64,000 nucleotides of DNA from Eledone cirrhosa (GCA_964016885.1 OZ024740.1:299398001-299462000); one strand, 5' to 3'. Positions 13,072 through 26,611 are shown, counted from the stretch's first letter. A program made the numbers and translations. Notes: generated from the letters alone by a model not told the origin.

Positions 13072-13787
13072 CTCTATATATATATATAATGGGAAGCAGA
13101 TAACATTGACATCTTAAAAAGAAACCACAATCTATTACACCGAAAACATACGGTGGAAGGGACCAAAGGATGTTTTCTATCGACAAATAGTATTAGAAAT
13201 ATTTTAAAATCCCCAGGAAGAAAATTGGTCTAACCTTTCGAACAGAACAATTCATCAGACACCGTGTGTAAAAGAGAGGGGTTAAATAGATTGTGTGTTT
13301 GAATTCTAATATAATTTCAACCATATTTTGTTACGTATGTATATTAGAGCTAAATCCAAGATATATATTGAAAAGAATTCGAATATGGTGAAATGCGATA
13401 AGCCAGTAAGATAATTAAAATGTTTCCGTTCTGCAACCGCAAAATATATTGTTACGAAATTATATTATACCGAAGTGAATTAAGAAACATATTTCTATTA
13501 TAATATCGAATTGCAATTGCTTGAACTATTGTGGTCATTTTGTAAATAATTTGGGAAAAGAATCATTAGAGGTTGAATTTTCTTCAAATTAAATAAAGAT
13601 AGCCGAAATTAGATTGGCTCGTCTGAAAGAATGAAAGCTAACGATAATATAGAAATGAGAATGCACAAAATGAAAGATAAAGACGGAAGCACTGGTGGAG
13701 AGACAAAGAGATACTAGGTAGAGAGGAAAGGGAAACGGAAAGAGTTGAGTTAGAGTAAGTGAATATTATATATATATATATATATAA

Positions 13788-13830
<43 letters not shown>

Positions 13831-14042
13831 AGTGTGTGTGTCTGTCTGTGTGTATGTCTCTGTATGTATAATATTCAGATACACCCACACACATATATAT
13901 GTGTGTGTGTGTATCTAGGTATGTGTGGGCACTTATGAATAACATTGAGGAAGAAGTATCAAGAGGACGAGAGAGGGAGAAGGAGAGAGAGAGAGAGAGT
14001 GTGAGAGAGAGAGAGTGAGAGACAGGGAGAGAGAGGGTGAGA

Positions 14043-14095
<53 letters not shown>

Positions 14096-14904
14096 AGAAG
14101 AAGATAGGCTAAAAGAAACCAAGACAGAGACGAACAATATTTTCAGTCTACTAATAGATTATTTGGTAATTCCGTTGATTCAGCAATACCAGCAAATAAT
14201 TAATGCATCTACATAACTCTGAGCAAACTTTCACATAACAAGGATGGTTTGCTATAATACTTTGTGGAGAATTACCGTGTGACCAACTGACATGTCATGT
14301 TTTAGCGTCCGAAATATGTCGATTTTATGCGGCAAGAACCAATTATTTCAGTCGAGCTTTAAAGAATACCACCAAATCAGAATTACTTTTAAAGCAGGCA
14401 TCAAGGAGATGCAATTTGAGACGCACCCATGCATTTACAGAATTTAGCAAAAGGAAACGTTTCATTGGTTCGAAATTATTGAAATAAATCAGGGCGTAGA
14501 CAAAAATATTTTCAGTAAAAGGTCAATCATGACCAGCTTTTATTCTTCTAAATTGTGGTATCATGTTCACAGAGATAAAGGTTTGGTCGATTAATACGTT
14601 GGGTTCAATAAAGATTGCATGTCGCACTAAAGGCAGATTTTAATCTTTATGTTTATGCACGTGCCTAACGTATACGTAAACACATATATCCCTATTTTTG
14701 CATGTATAACTACATACACACTCATGCGTGTGTACACATATAAACATAAATACATAAATATATACATATACATATATGCACATATATACACATATGTGCG
14801 TGCAATTGTGTGTATGTGGGTCATTGTGTGTGTATATGTGAGTGTATTTTGGTGTGTGTGTGTGTGTGTGTGTGTTTGTGTGCATGCAAGTGTTTGTGTG
14901 TAAA

Positions 14905-15111
14905 TAGTGGTTTCTTATATAGGCACAAGGCCAGCAATTTTGGGGGGAAGAGAAAGTCGATTAAATCGACCCCAGTGCGTACTGGTACTTTATTTTATCG
15001 ACCCCGTACGGATGAAAGGCAAAGTTAACCACGGCGTGATTTGAACTCAGATCATAAAGGGCCGTAACTCTATGCTGCAAGGCATCTACCGATACTGTCA
15101 ATCCACCGCCC
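14905..15111 (-). mobile_element. Nin/Deu-like SINE, long variant
   Basis: Same family with ~30-nt insert containing gtcgattaaatcgac. Confidence 0.85.
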
Positions 15112-15489
15112 TCGTGTTTGTGTGTAAATAGTAGATGTGAAGTGGCGATGGGAAATAAGAATGTCAGAATTTTAACTCATGAGTTGTGTAGGTATTTAAT
15201 TACATCTTTGCTTAACTGCATGAGATTTTTTCGACTGGGTGACGAATTGACAGAATGTGTCCTTTATTATGTGTTCCTCAATAGAGATATCTACTATCAT
15301 GAAAGATCAACAAATTTACCACATATATATGTATGTAACTGCGGTTGCAGTTATTTCCAGCCATCTTGATTTATAATTTATCACTGGGTTACTGTGGCGC
15401 ATACTCAGAGAGTGATATATGTATTGCACAAGCACATTTCACTTAAATCCAATGTGTGGAGTTTTCTTCTTCTTGTCGTATGATTTATA

Positions 15490-17130
15490 CACAGTAGTTA
15501 CAGATGCAGATCGAGACCGGCGAGCCAGACCACGGCGTCATTTGCAGCATTATGGATTTCATCCAGGCCAGCGGGAAAACATCTGAGTGGGTAATCCAGA
15601 ACAAAAAGCAGAACTGTCCGCTCAAGGTCTCCACAGTCACACGTTGGACTGTCTTTCATTTTCCATAGATAGAGATGACGGGCTGTCCTGGAATGTGTTG
15701 TGAGGATCCGATTAAGGGATATACATTGTCATCTGGGAAGGTCAAAGCCGCCTGGTGTACATGTGGGTTCCTGAACGAAATCCTTGTCGGAAACTTAGGA
15801 CTCATTCTCCGAACTTCGCCACTCTTCCTCCAGACTAATGAAAAATCGGAATATATTGCTAAAGAGGGTCATCCTAACATTGCATTCAGTGATCCGACAG
15901 TTGCTGAATTCCGTCGCTCTCGTTGAGCAGCCCTGTTTAGGATGACGCTGCTCACCCCTTTTCAGAAGAGGTGCCCTAAAAATTGTCTGCGAATAGAAAC
16001 TGTTCAGTACACTGCGACTGACGGTTGTTCATTTAAGCGGTGCGAAATAATGGAGAAAAGCAAGAAAATATGTTAAAGTGGTTTGCTGGAATGTCTGTAC
16101 ATTCCAGATCATCAAATCTAAAGCAAATATCTTGAGCAAGATGTGAGCCTTATTAAGGTATTCTTAGATTTAACTAAAGCATTTCATACCATGAATCGGC
16201 ACCACTATGGGTTATTCTTGGAAAATTAGGTTGTATTCTAATTGTTGTTAAACAGTTTATACAATTTTATGATAATATGAAGCAAGAGTTATTGCCAATG
16301 GTGCCCTTTCTGACCCAGTGAACATAGATAACGGTGTAAAGAATGGAAATGTTCTGGTTCCTACCTTATTCTAGTTGTAACTTTCAATTTATGAATTGTG
16401 ATGATGGTGTTTGTGTTAATTGTAGGACTACTAGGAAGCTATTTAACCTGAACGTTTTTTTTTTGCCAAGAGTTGAACATGTGTATAAATGATTCGTGAT
16501 GTTCTCTACGCTGATGACTGTGTCCTTGTGGTTCATTCGGAAGATGAGATGCAGATTCTAATGAATCTTCTTTGTGCAGCGTGCAAGTTATTTGGTTTTC
16601 TGTTTGGTTGCTGTCAATAACTTACTTTACGTAGGAAGTACAATTTCGAGAGGTGGGTCATGAGAACGTCAACCTGCGTATTAGGAAAACATGCTCAGCG
16701 GTTGGTAGGTTGCAGAAGAGAGTGTCCCAGCATGACATACATTTATCAACAAAAATCCCAATGTATAATGTTCGTGTTCTCACTGAAATACTGAATGCCT
16801 CCGAAACATGGACAGCACATGAATAATTTAGAACGGTTTCATCGGAACTGTCTGAAAAAGCTTCTGAGGGTGATATGAACAAGCCACAAATCTGATAGAG
16901 AAATTTCTCAATGTGCTAAGAGCACGAGCATAGAATCTCATTGATGCAAAGTAGCTTGTATTGGGTTTGACACGACGTTGTTCGGCTTGTGGATGAGAGA
17001 AGGCCAAAACTATTGTTGTATAGAAGCTAAATATAGAAAGGAGACATGCATGTAAACCAAAAATGCGATTTTGCGACCACATAAACAAACTTGAAAATAA
17101 TGTTCAAGGAATAGATGGCATTCATCTGAC
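15490..17130 (+). mobile_element. Heavily decayed RTE-clade LINE
   Basis: Hand-translated remnants: GYTL..G (APE), FLDLTKAF, NGVK.G.VL.PTLF, LYADDCVLVVHSE, KPKMRF.D. Confidence 0.7.
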
Positions 17131-17231
17131 TAGAAGTTGTAATCAATATGTATATATATATATATATATATAATTATATATATGTGTGTGTGTGTGTGTG
17201 TGTGAGTGTGTGAGTATGTGTATGTATGTAT

Positions 17232-17690
17232 TTATCGCAGGTCGCTCTTCAGCGTTACTGGTAACATGTAACCCAATACAACCTGTACATAACCGGGTTA
17301 TCGGTGACTAAACCAGTAACCCCACCAAGTTTCTTTGGTGAGGACGGGGATTTTGGACGCCATGCGGGATGGAAAACAAAGCCCACCAAAGGGTGGAGGA
17401 AATCAGGAGAGTCAGCGGTCATCTAATAAATTTATTTTTGTGGTGTGAGAAAATCTTCATTAAAACATCTCTCAGATATAAAACCTGCGACTGCCTTTGC
17501 CAATGATGTACCGGTTCTTCTTGTGGGGCCAATGCATTCGATGTTCAGAGAGTGGGATTGGCCCCGTGCAAAGCCTTTCCTAACTTAAAAAAGCTTCAAG
17601 CATAGGCATCTCTTGATATGTGATATTTGTTTGCAATGAGTGGTATTGTTGGCCATAGGCAGGTCCCTGACAGGACTAAACAGCCACGTG
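17232..17690 (+). mobile_element. Non-coding repeat module resembling an RTE 5' UTR
   Basis: 5' half matches 31600-31800 (minus); 3' half matches 28550-28800 and 31950-32160; flanked by ATGT-like repeats. Confidence 0.6.
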
Positions 17691-17919
17691 TATGATGCTC
17701 ATGCTTAAGTATCAAAGGATGGCATTACTCGAAATCAAGTTGCAGCCATCATGTATATATGTTCTGGTTATTTTTCAAATTTCCCTCCATTACATAAAGA
17801 GTCGGTCCTCAACCAACAGCTCTTTAATTGGCAACTATTTTGACATCTATGAATGTTATTGTGTGTGTATGTATGAATATAAATATGCATGTATGTATGT
17901 ATGTATGTATGTATGTATG

Positions 17920-18180
17920 TATCTTCTTCTGGTTTTATAATTTGACAAACCTTTGGCAATAGAAAGAGTCATTTTCTAACATAGATACAAGACTCTCTAA
18001 TTGTAATTTACACATCAACTAGGTAGATATGTCTGGATGTCTGCATCCATGCATGTCTGTGCAGGTATAGATGTTATTGTATGTGTGGATGTGTATCTTT
18101 TGAGTTGTATATGTGCATGTGCATATGCTTTGTATCTGTACAAGTGTATATTCAGTTATTTGATGCAGAATTTTGAAATG
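17920..18180 (-). mobile_element. 3' UTR fragment of the (CATA)n-tailed R4-like family
   Basis: Matches 28970-29400 and 32975-33370. Confidence 0.75.
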
Positions 18181-19172
18181 TATGTATGTATGTTTGAACG
18201 GAAGTATGTATGCATGTATTTTCATATGTATGTATTTATGTATGTATTTATGTATGTACATAAATGTGCGTGTATGTACATATGCATGAATGCCTCTATA
18301 TATATGTTTGTATGTAGATGTGTTACGTACGTATGTATGTATTTAGTTACATATTTATGTGTGATTTACTTCCTTATTTTATTAGTAGTGCTTATAATAT
18401 CCGAAAATATGCCCGTAGCAAGTCTGTAAAGAAAACGAAAAATATGAGCTGCCTTGTTTTTTACTTTAGCATTTTTGCAACTATTCTCACTATATGTAAT
18501 TTATTTCACATTCTGAATGTTACATATATGACGATCGCCTCAAGAACATGAATTATGGAATTACGGTCTTTCTATATGAATATGAATTCAGCTATATCAG
18601 GTGGCTGATATATATTTTGTAGCTCCATTTGTAATGGGTATACAATTGGGCATGTATTTTGTGTATTGTATTTGTATGCTTACGTTCAGAATTCATAAAT
18701 AACTTTAATGTTTTCTCGAGTATGACATTGACGTCAATTTGGCAGCTGCAATACGACAGGTTATATTTTAATTCTCTATGTATCAAACAAATAGCATCAT
18801 GTCATCTATAGTTTGGTTTGGTTGTTGTATTTTTACGTTCCATAACTTATTATAAGGTTGCATAGATCTTATTAAGTTTGACTATATTAATGGGTATATT
18901 TCTACTCCACGTAATTAAGATATATATTACAAAGTGTTCTAGCAAACAAAATGTATGATAAAATAATATCTATTTATGCAGAATGGGCAAGCAAGACTCC
19001 AGTAATGTGTATAGAAATATACACATTTTAATATACTAACATATATATTAACTACCGACACGAGCGCTAATTAAATGAAAATTAGTACCCCCATCTCAGA
19101 ATCCTACTACGAGAGAATGGCTATATAAGTCCACCAAAAACTTGTTCGTTTACGGTTGTTTGGATTCCACCT

Positions 19173-19221
19173 GCGCCTTCTGATGAGGGTCCAACTAGAT
19201 CCAAAAATCTATTAAAGGTGT
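19173..19221 (+). ncRNA. Type I hammerhead ribozyme with GAAA mutated to AAAA
   Basis: GCGCCTT-CTGATGA-GGGTC-caacta-GATCC-AAAA..TA-AAGGTGT; stems I and II pair. Confidence 0.65.
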
Positions 19222-19289
19222 CTATCATTGTTTTCAATTTACAGGGTAATACGTATTTTCTGGTATGTTATATATATATATATATATAG

Positions 19290-19507
19290 GATCGATCGAC
19301 TTTCGTCAAATCGGACCGAGGAAACAATATTTCCGTTGGTCTTTCCAGTTGCTAATACTATCTATCGGTCGCAACTCCAGGTAGAAGGAGCAACGTGAAA
19401 TAAAGTGTCTTGCTCAAGGACATAACGTATCGCCCGGTCCAGGAATCGAACTCACAACCTCACGAATGTGAATCCAATTCTCTAACCACTCAGCCACACG
19501 CCTTCAC
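19290..19507 (-). mobile_element. tRNA-derived SINE with CORE-like domain
   Basis: Minus strand TGGCTGAGTGG (A box), GTTCGATTCC (B box), tgtccttgagcaagacactt. Confidence 0.8.
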
Positions 19508-19509
19508 AA

Positions 19510-20400
19510 TATATATATATATATGAATGTATATATAGTGTATTCTGCAATACACTGTATCCTTAGTTAAAAGCATTTTGAAGACCATACGCTATTGTTT
19601 TAAAGTAGCGACATTGTCGTTTACTTAAATTTTCGGCAGACAGGGGGAGAAAAGTTGATAGCATTGTTTCGTACTATTTGGTACTTATCAAAACTCACTA
19701 CTCTCCCCGTTTGCCGAAAATTATGTGTGTTGGATTCTTATAGAATACCAGTAACAATCAGGAACTGATTTTACAGAGCGGTCGCCGGCCCAGCAAAAAT
19801 TGAAAATTAGAATTGGTGCTCTGAAATAGCGATATATATATATGAATGTATATATAGTGTATTTTGCAATACACTGTATGCTTAATTAAAAGCATTTTGA
19901 TGACCATACGCTATTGTTTTAAAGTAGCGACATTGCGCTTACTTAAATTTTCGGCAGACAGGGGGAGATAAGTTGACAGCGCTGTTTCGTACTATTTGGT
20001 ACTTACCAAAACTCACTACTCTCCCCGTCTGCTTAAAATTATGTGAGTTGGATTCTTATAGAATTCCAGTAACAACCAGGAATTGATTTTACAGAGCGGT
20101 CGCCGGCCCAGCAGAAATTGAAAATTAGAATTGGTGCTCTGAAATAGCAAAAGTTTTGAATTGATATTTTGAAAAAAGTTATTTACAAGAAAGAAAATAA
20201 GAATAAGATTTAATAATGTCATTTTGATTTGATATATTACAAAAAATAATGTTTTCCAATTTTTCATGCATTACATTTTACATTGAGTAATATTGAAATG
20301 CGGAGTTTTTCTCCATAAATTATATATCTGATTTAAAATCAGTCATCATTTGTTACAAAAAAATGTGTGAAACGCAGCAAGGCGCGAGTAATTCGGCTAG
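19510..20400 (+). mobile_element. Non-autonomous Helitron-like element with duplicated ~320-bp 5' part
   Basis: Direct repeat 19510-19830 / 19832-20148; ends in a GC-rich imperfect hairpin followed by CTAG|T at 20400. Confidence 0.6.
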
Positions 20401-20415
20401 TATATATATATATAT

Positions 20416-20940
20416 AAAGGAAAATAATGGAGTAAAGGACTCATGTATAATCCTGTAATTCAATGAGCTCAAAGGAAAGAGTTATCTTGGACACTTTAAA
20501 ATACAATATAGAGAGGAAAAACACAGAAGAGTGTGCTTTCATTTAAAGGCTTTTAACCACCAGCGTGAAGAGAATATAAGCTAAGAGATGTGTAGGAGAA
20601 ATATAATAATTAAAAGAATAAATTAAAATTAAAAACTTACCTCATAACTAAATCGCACATGTACAAACTTATTAAGAGATTGTTTCACTGTATAAGTTGG
20701 TTCAAATTCAGCTTTGTGGATCATCAGCATGTGCTCAAGCTGTATTGTCCCCACTAATAAAGAGAACTATAGTAACTGACCTGTAGCACGTGAGAATAGA
20801 GGGAAATACGTGCGCGAGGTTTTTCATTATGATTTATCCTTTTAATTATTATGTTTTTCCTACACATCTCTTAGCTTATATTCTCTTCACGCTGGTGGTT
20901 AAAATCCTGTAAATGAAAACACACTCTCCTGTTCTCCCCT

Positions 20941-20945
<5 letters not shown>
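20416..20945 (-). mobile_element. Inverted-repeat element (arms ~20508-20636 / 20819-20945) enclosing a hammerhead
   Basis: ~110-nt IRs; hammerhead on minus 20655-20734; one-sided tail 20416-20507. Confidence 0.85.
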
Positions 20946-21003
<58 letters not shown>

Positions 21004-21004
21004 G

Positions 21005-21095
<91 letters not shown>

Positions 21096-21373
21096 ATATC
21101 ATAAATCGTGTCTTTAGAATCATCAGATAAAATATATACTATTTCTTCTTTTATTAGCATAATTAACCATATAAAAAATCAATTAGATCAAGCTATAAGA
21201 AGGAAGGCTCTTATGGAGAAATCTCCGACAAATAACCGAACGTAGCCTCTTCGCGGTGGCCCCAATCGAGTATTTATCCAACATTTCGACAACATGTAGA
21301 AACTGACCAAATATATCATCATCCATACACAATTAGGTGTAAAATTAAACTTAGAAGAAATGCGTACATACCG

Positions 21374-21464
<91 letters not shown>

Positions 21465-21465
21465 G

Positions 21466-21498
<33 letters not shown>

Positions 21499-21526
21499 AT
21501 ACATATATAGAGAGAGAGGGGGGAGA

Positions 21527-21882
21527 GAGAGTGTGTTTTCATTTACAGGATTTTAATCACCAGCGTGAAGAGAATATAAGGTAAGAGATGTGTAGGAAAA
21601 ACATAATAATTAAAAGGATAAATTAAAATGAAAAACCTCGCGCACGTATTTCCCTCTATTCTCACGTGCTACAGGTCAGTTACTATAGTTCTCTTTATTA
21701 GTGGGGACAATACAGCTTGAGCACATGCTGATGATCCACAAAGCTGAATTTGAACCCACTTATACAGTGAAACAATATCTTAATGAGTTTGTACATGTGC
21801 GATTTAGTTATGAGGTAAGTTTTTCATTTTAATTTATTCTTTTAATTATTATGTTTCTCCTATACCTCTCTTAGCTTATATT
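21527..21882 (+). mobile_element. Inverted second copy of the 20.5-kb element
   Basis: Reverse complement of ~20572-20928. Confidence 0.9.
21721..21800 (+). ncRNA. Type I hammerhead ribozyme with full stem III
   Basis: GCACATG-CTGATGA-..-GAAA-CAATATCTTAATGAGTTTG-TA-CATGTGC; perfect 7-bp stem I, irregular stem II. Confidence 0.8.
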
Positions 21883-21894
21883 AAATCTACCTCT

Positions 21895-22830
21895 CAATCA
21901 GACTCAGACTCAGAATCTCCCGCGTCTTGCGACGCATGAGGCAATCATAGTGTTCCACCGCGTTCGGTCAGCAGCCAGTTGCACAGCATCCTGCCATTGT
22001 CTGTTTGTCGGTCGCAGGTCTCTCTCAACTGTCTGGCGCCAGTTCATTTTGGGTCGCCCTCTCCATCTGCTTCCCTGTGGGTTCCATTTAAGTACTTGGT
22101 TCGCGAGTCTTTCCGGGGGAAGTCTCAAAGCGTGCCCAAACCAGCCCAGGCGTCGCTTGCAGATGGCAGAAGAGACTAGCTGCTGGTTGGTGCGGTTCCT
22201 GACTTCCTGGTTTGTTACATGGTCACTCCATTTAATCCCCAGGATCTTTCGCAGACACCTGCAATCGAATGCGTCCAACTTCTTCTCTTGGCTGGTCTTA
22301 AGGTGCCATGTTTCACTTTCGTACAAGAGTGTGGACAGCACGTTGCTGTTGTAGAATCTCATCTTTGTTTTGAGGGTGAACTTCCTGCTCTTCCAGATCT
22401 TGACAAGCTGGTTAAATGCTGCTGAAGCCTTTCCCATTCTACATTGCAATTCACTGTCCATGGCGCCCCCATTGTCAATGGAGCTTCCTAGGTAGGTGAA
22501 GTTGTCCACTATCTCCACCACCCTCCTGTTCAATGAAAACACTAGTTGGTGATGGGTGTGTCCCAGATAACATGCTTTTGGTCTTCTTAGCACTGATATT
22601 GAGACCTAAGCTTCCTGCTTCGACATTGATATTGTTCATAATGATTTGCAGGTCAGATGTGCTCTCTGCAAGTACAACAATATCGTCCGCAAAGTCCAGG
22701 TCAGACAACTTTTGTTCTCCCACCCAAGATATACCCTGGTCTTTAGACGGTCTTCTTAGTACCCAGTCAATGGCTATGGTAAAGAGAATTGGAGAGAGCG
22801 AGCAACCCTGACGCACACCAGTAACCACCT
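21895..22830 (-). mobile_element. 5'-truncated RTE-clade LINE
   Basis: GVRQGCSLSP, LDFADDI, FTYLGS, LLYESETW, RGRPKMNW; short (TGAGTC) tail. Confidence 0.9.
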
Positions 22831-23729
22831 CTCAATGATAGGGTCTAAACCGTATAAAGAACTCAATGTAATCCGTATGTAGAAGATGTCGTGAAGCAAA
22901 GTTTAAAATACAAAAATGTTATCAACTATATAATTCAATTGGATACAGAGTCAAAATAGAAATATTAAAACAATGTAATTAAACACAAAACTGTTAATTC
23001 ATAGTAAAACTCATTATTTTACGATCCTTTCGGAGGGGGGGGGGGGGGTAGTTCCTTGTATGTTCATTCAATTATTGATCTATGTAAAACATATTACAAA
23101 ATATCATAGTAAGAAAAAGATACATACGTCTTCACTACCCGCCGTCTTCAGAAATAATGAGTTTTGTTTATTGAAGAATATAAAAAAAAAACATACATAT
23201 GAATAAGTATGGTTTTATAACCAGGTTGAAATTGACCAATGTTAAGAATGGAAAGGGGCAGTGTAAATCCTTAAGGTTGGTGGTAGTAGATGAATAAATA
23301 GGCCATCAGTGGATAAGGTATCAAATGTCTTTTAAGAAAAGAAATGAAAGTTGCTAGTGTAAATGAAATTAGCCATATTGTATATAACATTGTTGATGGT
23401 CAAAGAAGATTACGGTTGGAGGAGTTGGGGTACTGAGATTAGTGTGTTACATCAAGTAGAATGGAATAGAACAATCTTAAAAAGTTAGTTATTTCTTTGT
23501 TGTGAGGAATAATTTGTTCTAAAAATATATAATATAAAAAATATATACACATGTATACTCACATATGTTTATATATAGGTATACATTTATGCATATACAT
23601 ACATATACACACACAGATATACATACATATACACACACAGATATACATATTCACACACACACCTATACTCACACATTTATTCACCTATATCTATTTTTCT
23701 ATATTTGTTTAGTTGTATTTATAATATTT

Positions 23730-25430
23730 GAATGTGCTTCTAATGTTATGGTTACATACTAAAATTAATTCTTGTCTTTTATTTAATAGAGTGTCCTTTG
23801 ATTTAGTAATTTCAAAAATTTATTGGGAACATAGTCCGCACTCCCTTCTATTGCCCTGATAAGAAATTGCTCTCTTAAGAATCTTCCAAGTTAGGTTATA
23901 TTTAATATTCTTCTTTTTACAATTATTAACTGCTTCCGCTAAATAAGTGGTATTTGCTAATTTTGTGTTTCGGAAACTGTGGGTGTGTGCATAACATCTC
24001 GATTTAAATGGATTAGAAGTGGATCCTATATAGGATTGATTAGAGTCTTTAGTGGTGATTACACATTTATATACTATATTATTAATTAAGCAATTTCCAT
24101 TTAAGGTGCAATTATCTTTTATTCTACAATTACAACCGTTTGCATATAGGGTTTCAGATGTGCTATTCATATTCTCAATAATAGTGTTAGTAATTGTGTT
24201 TACCTTTTTATTTTGGAGAGAAGGGTTTACGGTAGGGTGGTTGTAATCCGAATTGTTGCTAGTAGGTGAAATTATACTTGATATAGCGTTTATGGAGTCA
24301 TGGTTGTTTTGGACGCTATTAGTTAGATTGGGTATGTAAATCTTAGTCCCTATTAAGGATGAGGAAGATGGTAGTTGGTTGCAGTCTGCTATATTGTGCT
24401 GGTGAGGTGAGTGAGCGGATCTATCAGGTGGGTATGTAGTAATATTCTGGTTATGCGTTTTAGTATTACCATAGTTATCTTGTGTGTGGTGTGCTATTGT
24501 ATGTGGTATAGATGGAGATTTTTTTACATTTATAGACGTTATATGCACTTAATTTTTGTTGTATATTGCTCGATGTGGAGTAATAAAATTTTACTGTATT
24601 TCTGTTTAAGATTTGATGGTATTTGTGGTTAGGTGGGAAGTGCTTATCGAGAATTGTAAAAAATCTTTTAGGGATTTGACCCATAGTTTGCAAGTTGAAT
24701 GAAGCGTTATACCATGTTACATTTCTTTTATGGTTTCTAAAGGTTTCCTCTTATTATATTGGGTATGTATAGAAGTTTGAGGGTAGATATTGTTATCAGA
24801 TGAAATTATAACATTGTGATTGTTATTATGGGTGTGAAGTAATTGTTTAGTAGATTTTTGAATTGTATTAGTTTTTGATTTATTGCTTTTTGTTTGATTT
24901 GTAGAGGATATTGTGAGTTTTGTTAATGGAGCATTATTGACAGGACCTGGAATTTCGGTATCATTCTTGTTATATACGGTAGTTCGGATATGTTTCTCTA
25001 GTTTTTTTGGATTGTTTCTCTAGTTTTTTCGGTTATGTAGAAGGTTCGATGAGATAGGTGATATATCATTAGGTTTATTGTGAGAATTAAGATATAAGGT
25101 GTTATTACTAACTGCTTTTTTAAGAGTAGTGGAGGAAGGTGTTTTCGCACGGTTTGTAGTAATAATATTAGGTAAGTTATAGAAATATTCGGAATCGTTA
25201 GGATTGATGATTTTTAGAGAATTTGTGTCATTCGTGTTAATGTGGATATTGGGAGTAATGGTAGGATCTAGGTTTTTCTGTGTTTCATTACTGACACTAA
25301 CTTTTTGGTGTTTTCTACGGTGTTTGTTGCTTATTGTTGGCTGTATGCTAGGGGATTCATGGTGTTAGGTATGTAAAATATTTTATCTTCATAGCCACTT
25401 CTAATTAAAGCCTCATTATAATAGGTTCAT
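23730..25430 (-). mobile_element. 5'-truncated Naiad-like Penelope element
   Basis: YYNEALIRSGY, WYNASFN..LDKHFPPNHKYHQILNRNTVK, CNCR..C..NGNCL..IVY..YIGST, CGLC..LLNKRQE..CNH. Confidence 0.85.
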
Positions 25431-25461
25431 TTTTATAGAATATTTCTTCACTATATATAGA

Positions 25462-25546
<85 letters not shown>

Positions 25547-25577
25547 ATATATAGAATATTTCTTCACTATATATATA

Positions 25578-26014
25578 CCAAAGGTATATATTGAGTTAGA
25601 AACTCAAAATAGTCTCTTACAATAAAATAATTGTGTATATATTGTGATTATATTAATAAAAGGAATTCCAACTTTGTCTGATTTACTCGTTTTATTTACA
25701 ATCCTTTAAAATTATAATGATATTATAATGAAATAGTATGGTAGAATATTAAATGTTAATTGAACAAGTACTTTCATGATTCCGCAATCTTCAGGTTCTT
25801 ATTCAGTGGTGACAGTCAAGTTTGCAATTTTCAGCTGTGAAAATTGCAAACTTGACTGTCACCACTGAATATGAACCTGAAGATTGCGAAAGCACGAAAG
25901 TACTTGTTCAATTAACATTTAACATCTAATATATAATATTTCAATTAATATCATTATAATTTTAAAGAATTGTAAATAAAACGAGTAAATCAGACAACGT
26001 TGGAATTCCTTTTA

Positions 26015-26022
<8 letters not shown>
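25578..26022. repeat. Palindrome (arms 25649-25833 / 25838-26022) with a hammerhead in each arm and ~70-nt tail
   Basis: ~185-nt arms, 4-nt spacer, read directly. Confidence 0.92.
25872..25910 (+). ncRNA. Minimal type I hammerhead ribozyme
   Basis: TGAAC-CTGAAGA-TTGCGAAAGCAC-GAAA-GTAC-TT-GTTCA; palindromic stem III; mirror copy on minus 25761-25798. Confidence 0.85.
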
Positions 26023-26102
<80 letters not shown>

Positions 26103-26104
<2 letters not shown>

Positions 26105-26600
26105 TACAACCACAATAATAACAAACACATATAAACACTCACTAGTAAACTAAGATAGAATACAATAACCAAAACACAGTCACCCAAACGCGAACACACA
26201 CACCAAACACTATACACACACCACACCAAAAACTATACAGACACACCAAACACTATACACACACGCAAACGCATGCGTAGAGAAGAAGACATAAATAAAT
26301 AAATAAATAAACAGATAAAATAAAAATGGCGTAGACATACACTACAACAGGAGGAAAATAATAGTACCACTGATGATGTTGCAGATGTGCAACGAAATAA
26401 CTTTGTTAAAATATATATATGTGTTTATATCTGTATTTTTGATCGTTGGTCAGTCAATGATAAACATTAATGGCCGAATGAATTAACTATGGAGATATAA
26501 AAGATACAGAGGCGAAAACCAACCAAACAGTGAGTGTGTTCTGTTATTATTTCTGGCAATATTATTACAACAATATGACCCTCCCCAAGTATAACAATAT
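26103..26600 (+). mobile_element. Solo pLTR/3' end of the 10.5-12.8 kb PLE family with hammerhead core (26365-26409)
   Basis: Colinear with ~12330-12795; (TA)n on both sides. Confidence 0.85.
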
Positions 26601-26611
26601 ATATATATACG

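Noticed and set aside
13226-13264. Minus-strand hammerhead core; similar weak cases at ~5150-5210, ~23120-23160, ~45340-45378 and ~49360-49400
   Set aside because: Core fragments present but stems or GAAA too decayed to call
19410-19507. tRNA gene (and likewise other A/B-box hits)
   Set aside because: SINE heads with no complete cloverleaf, followed by SINE core sequence
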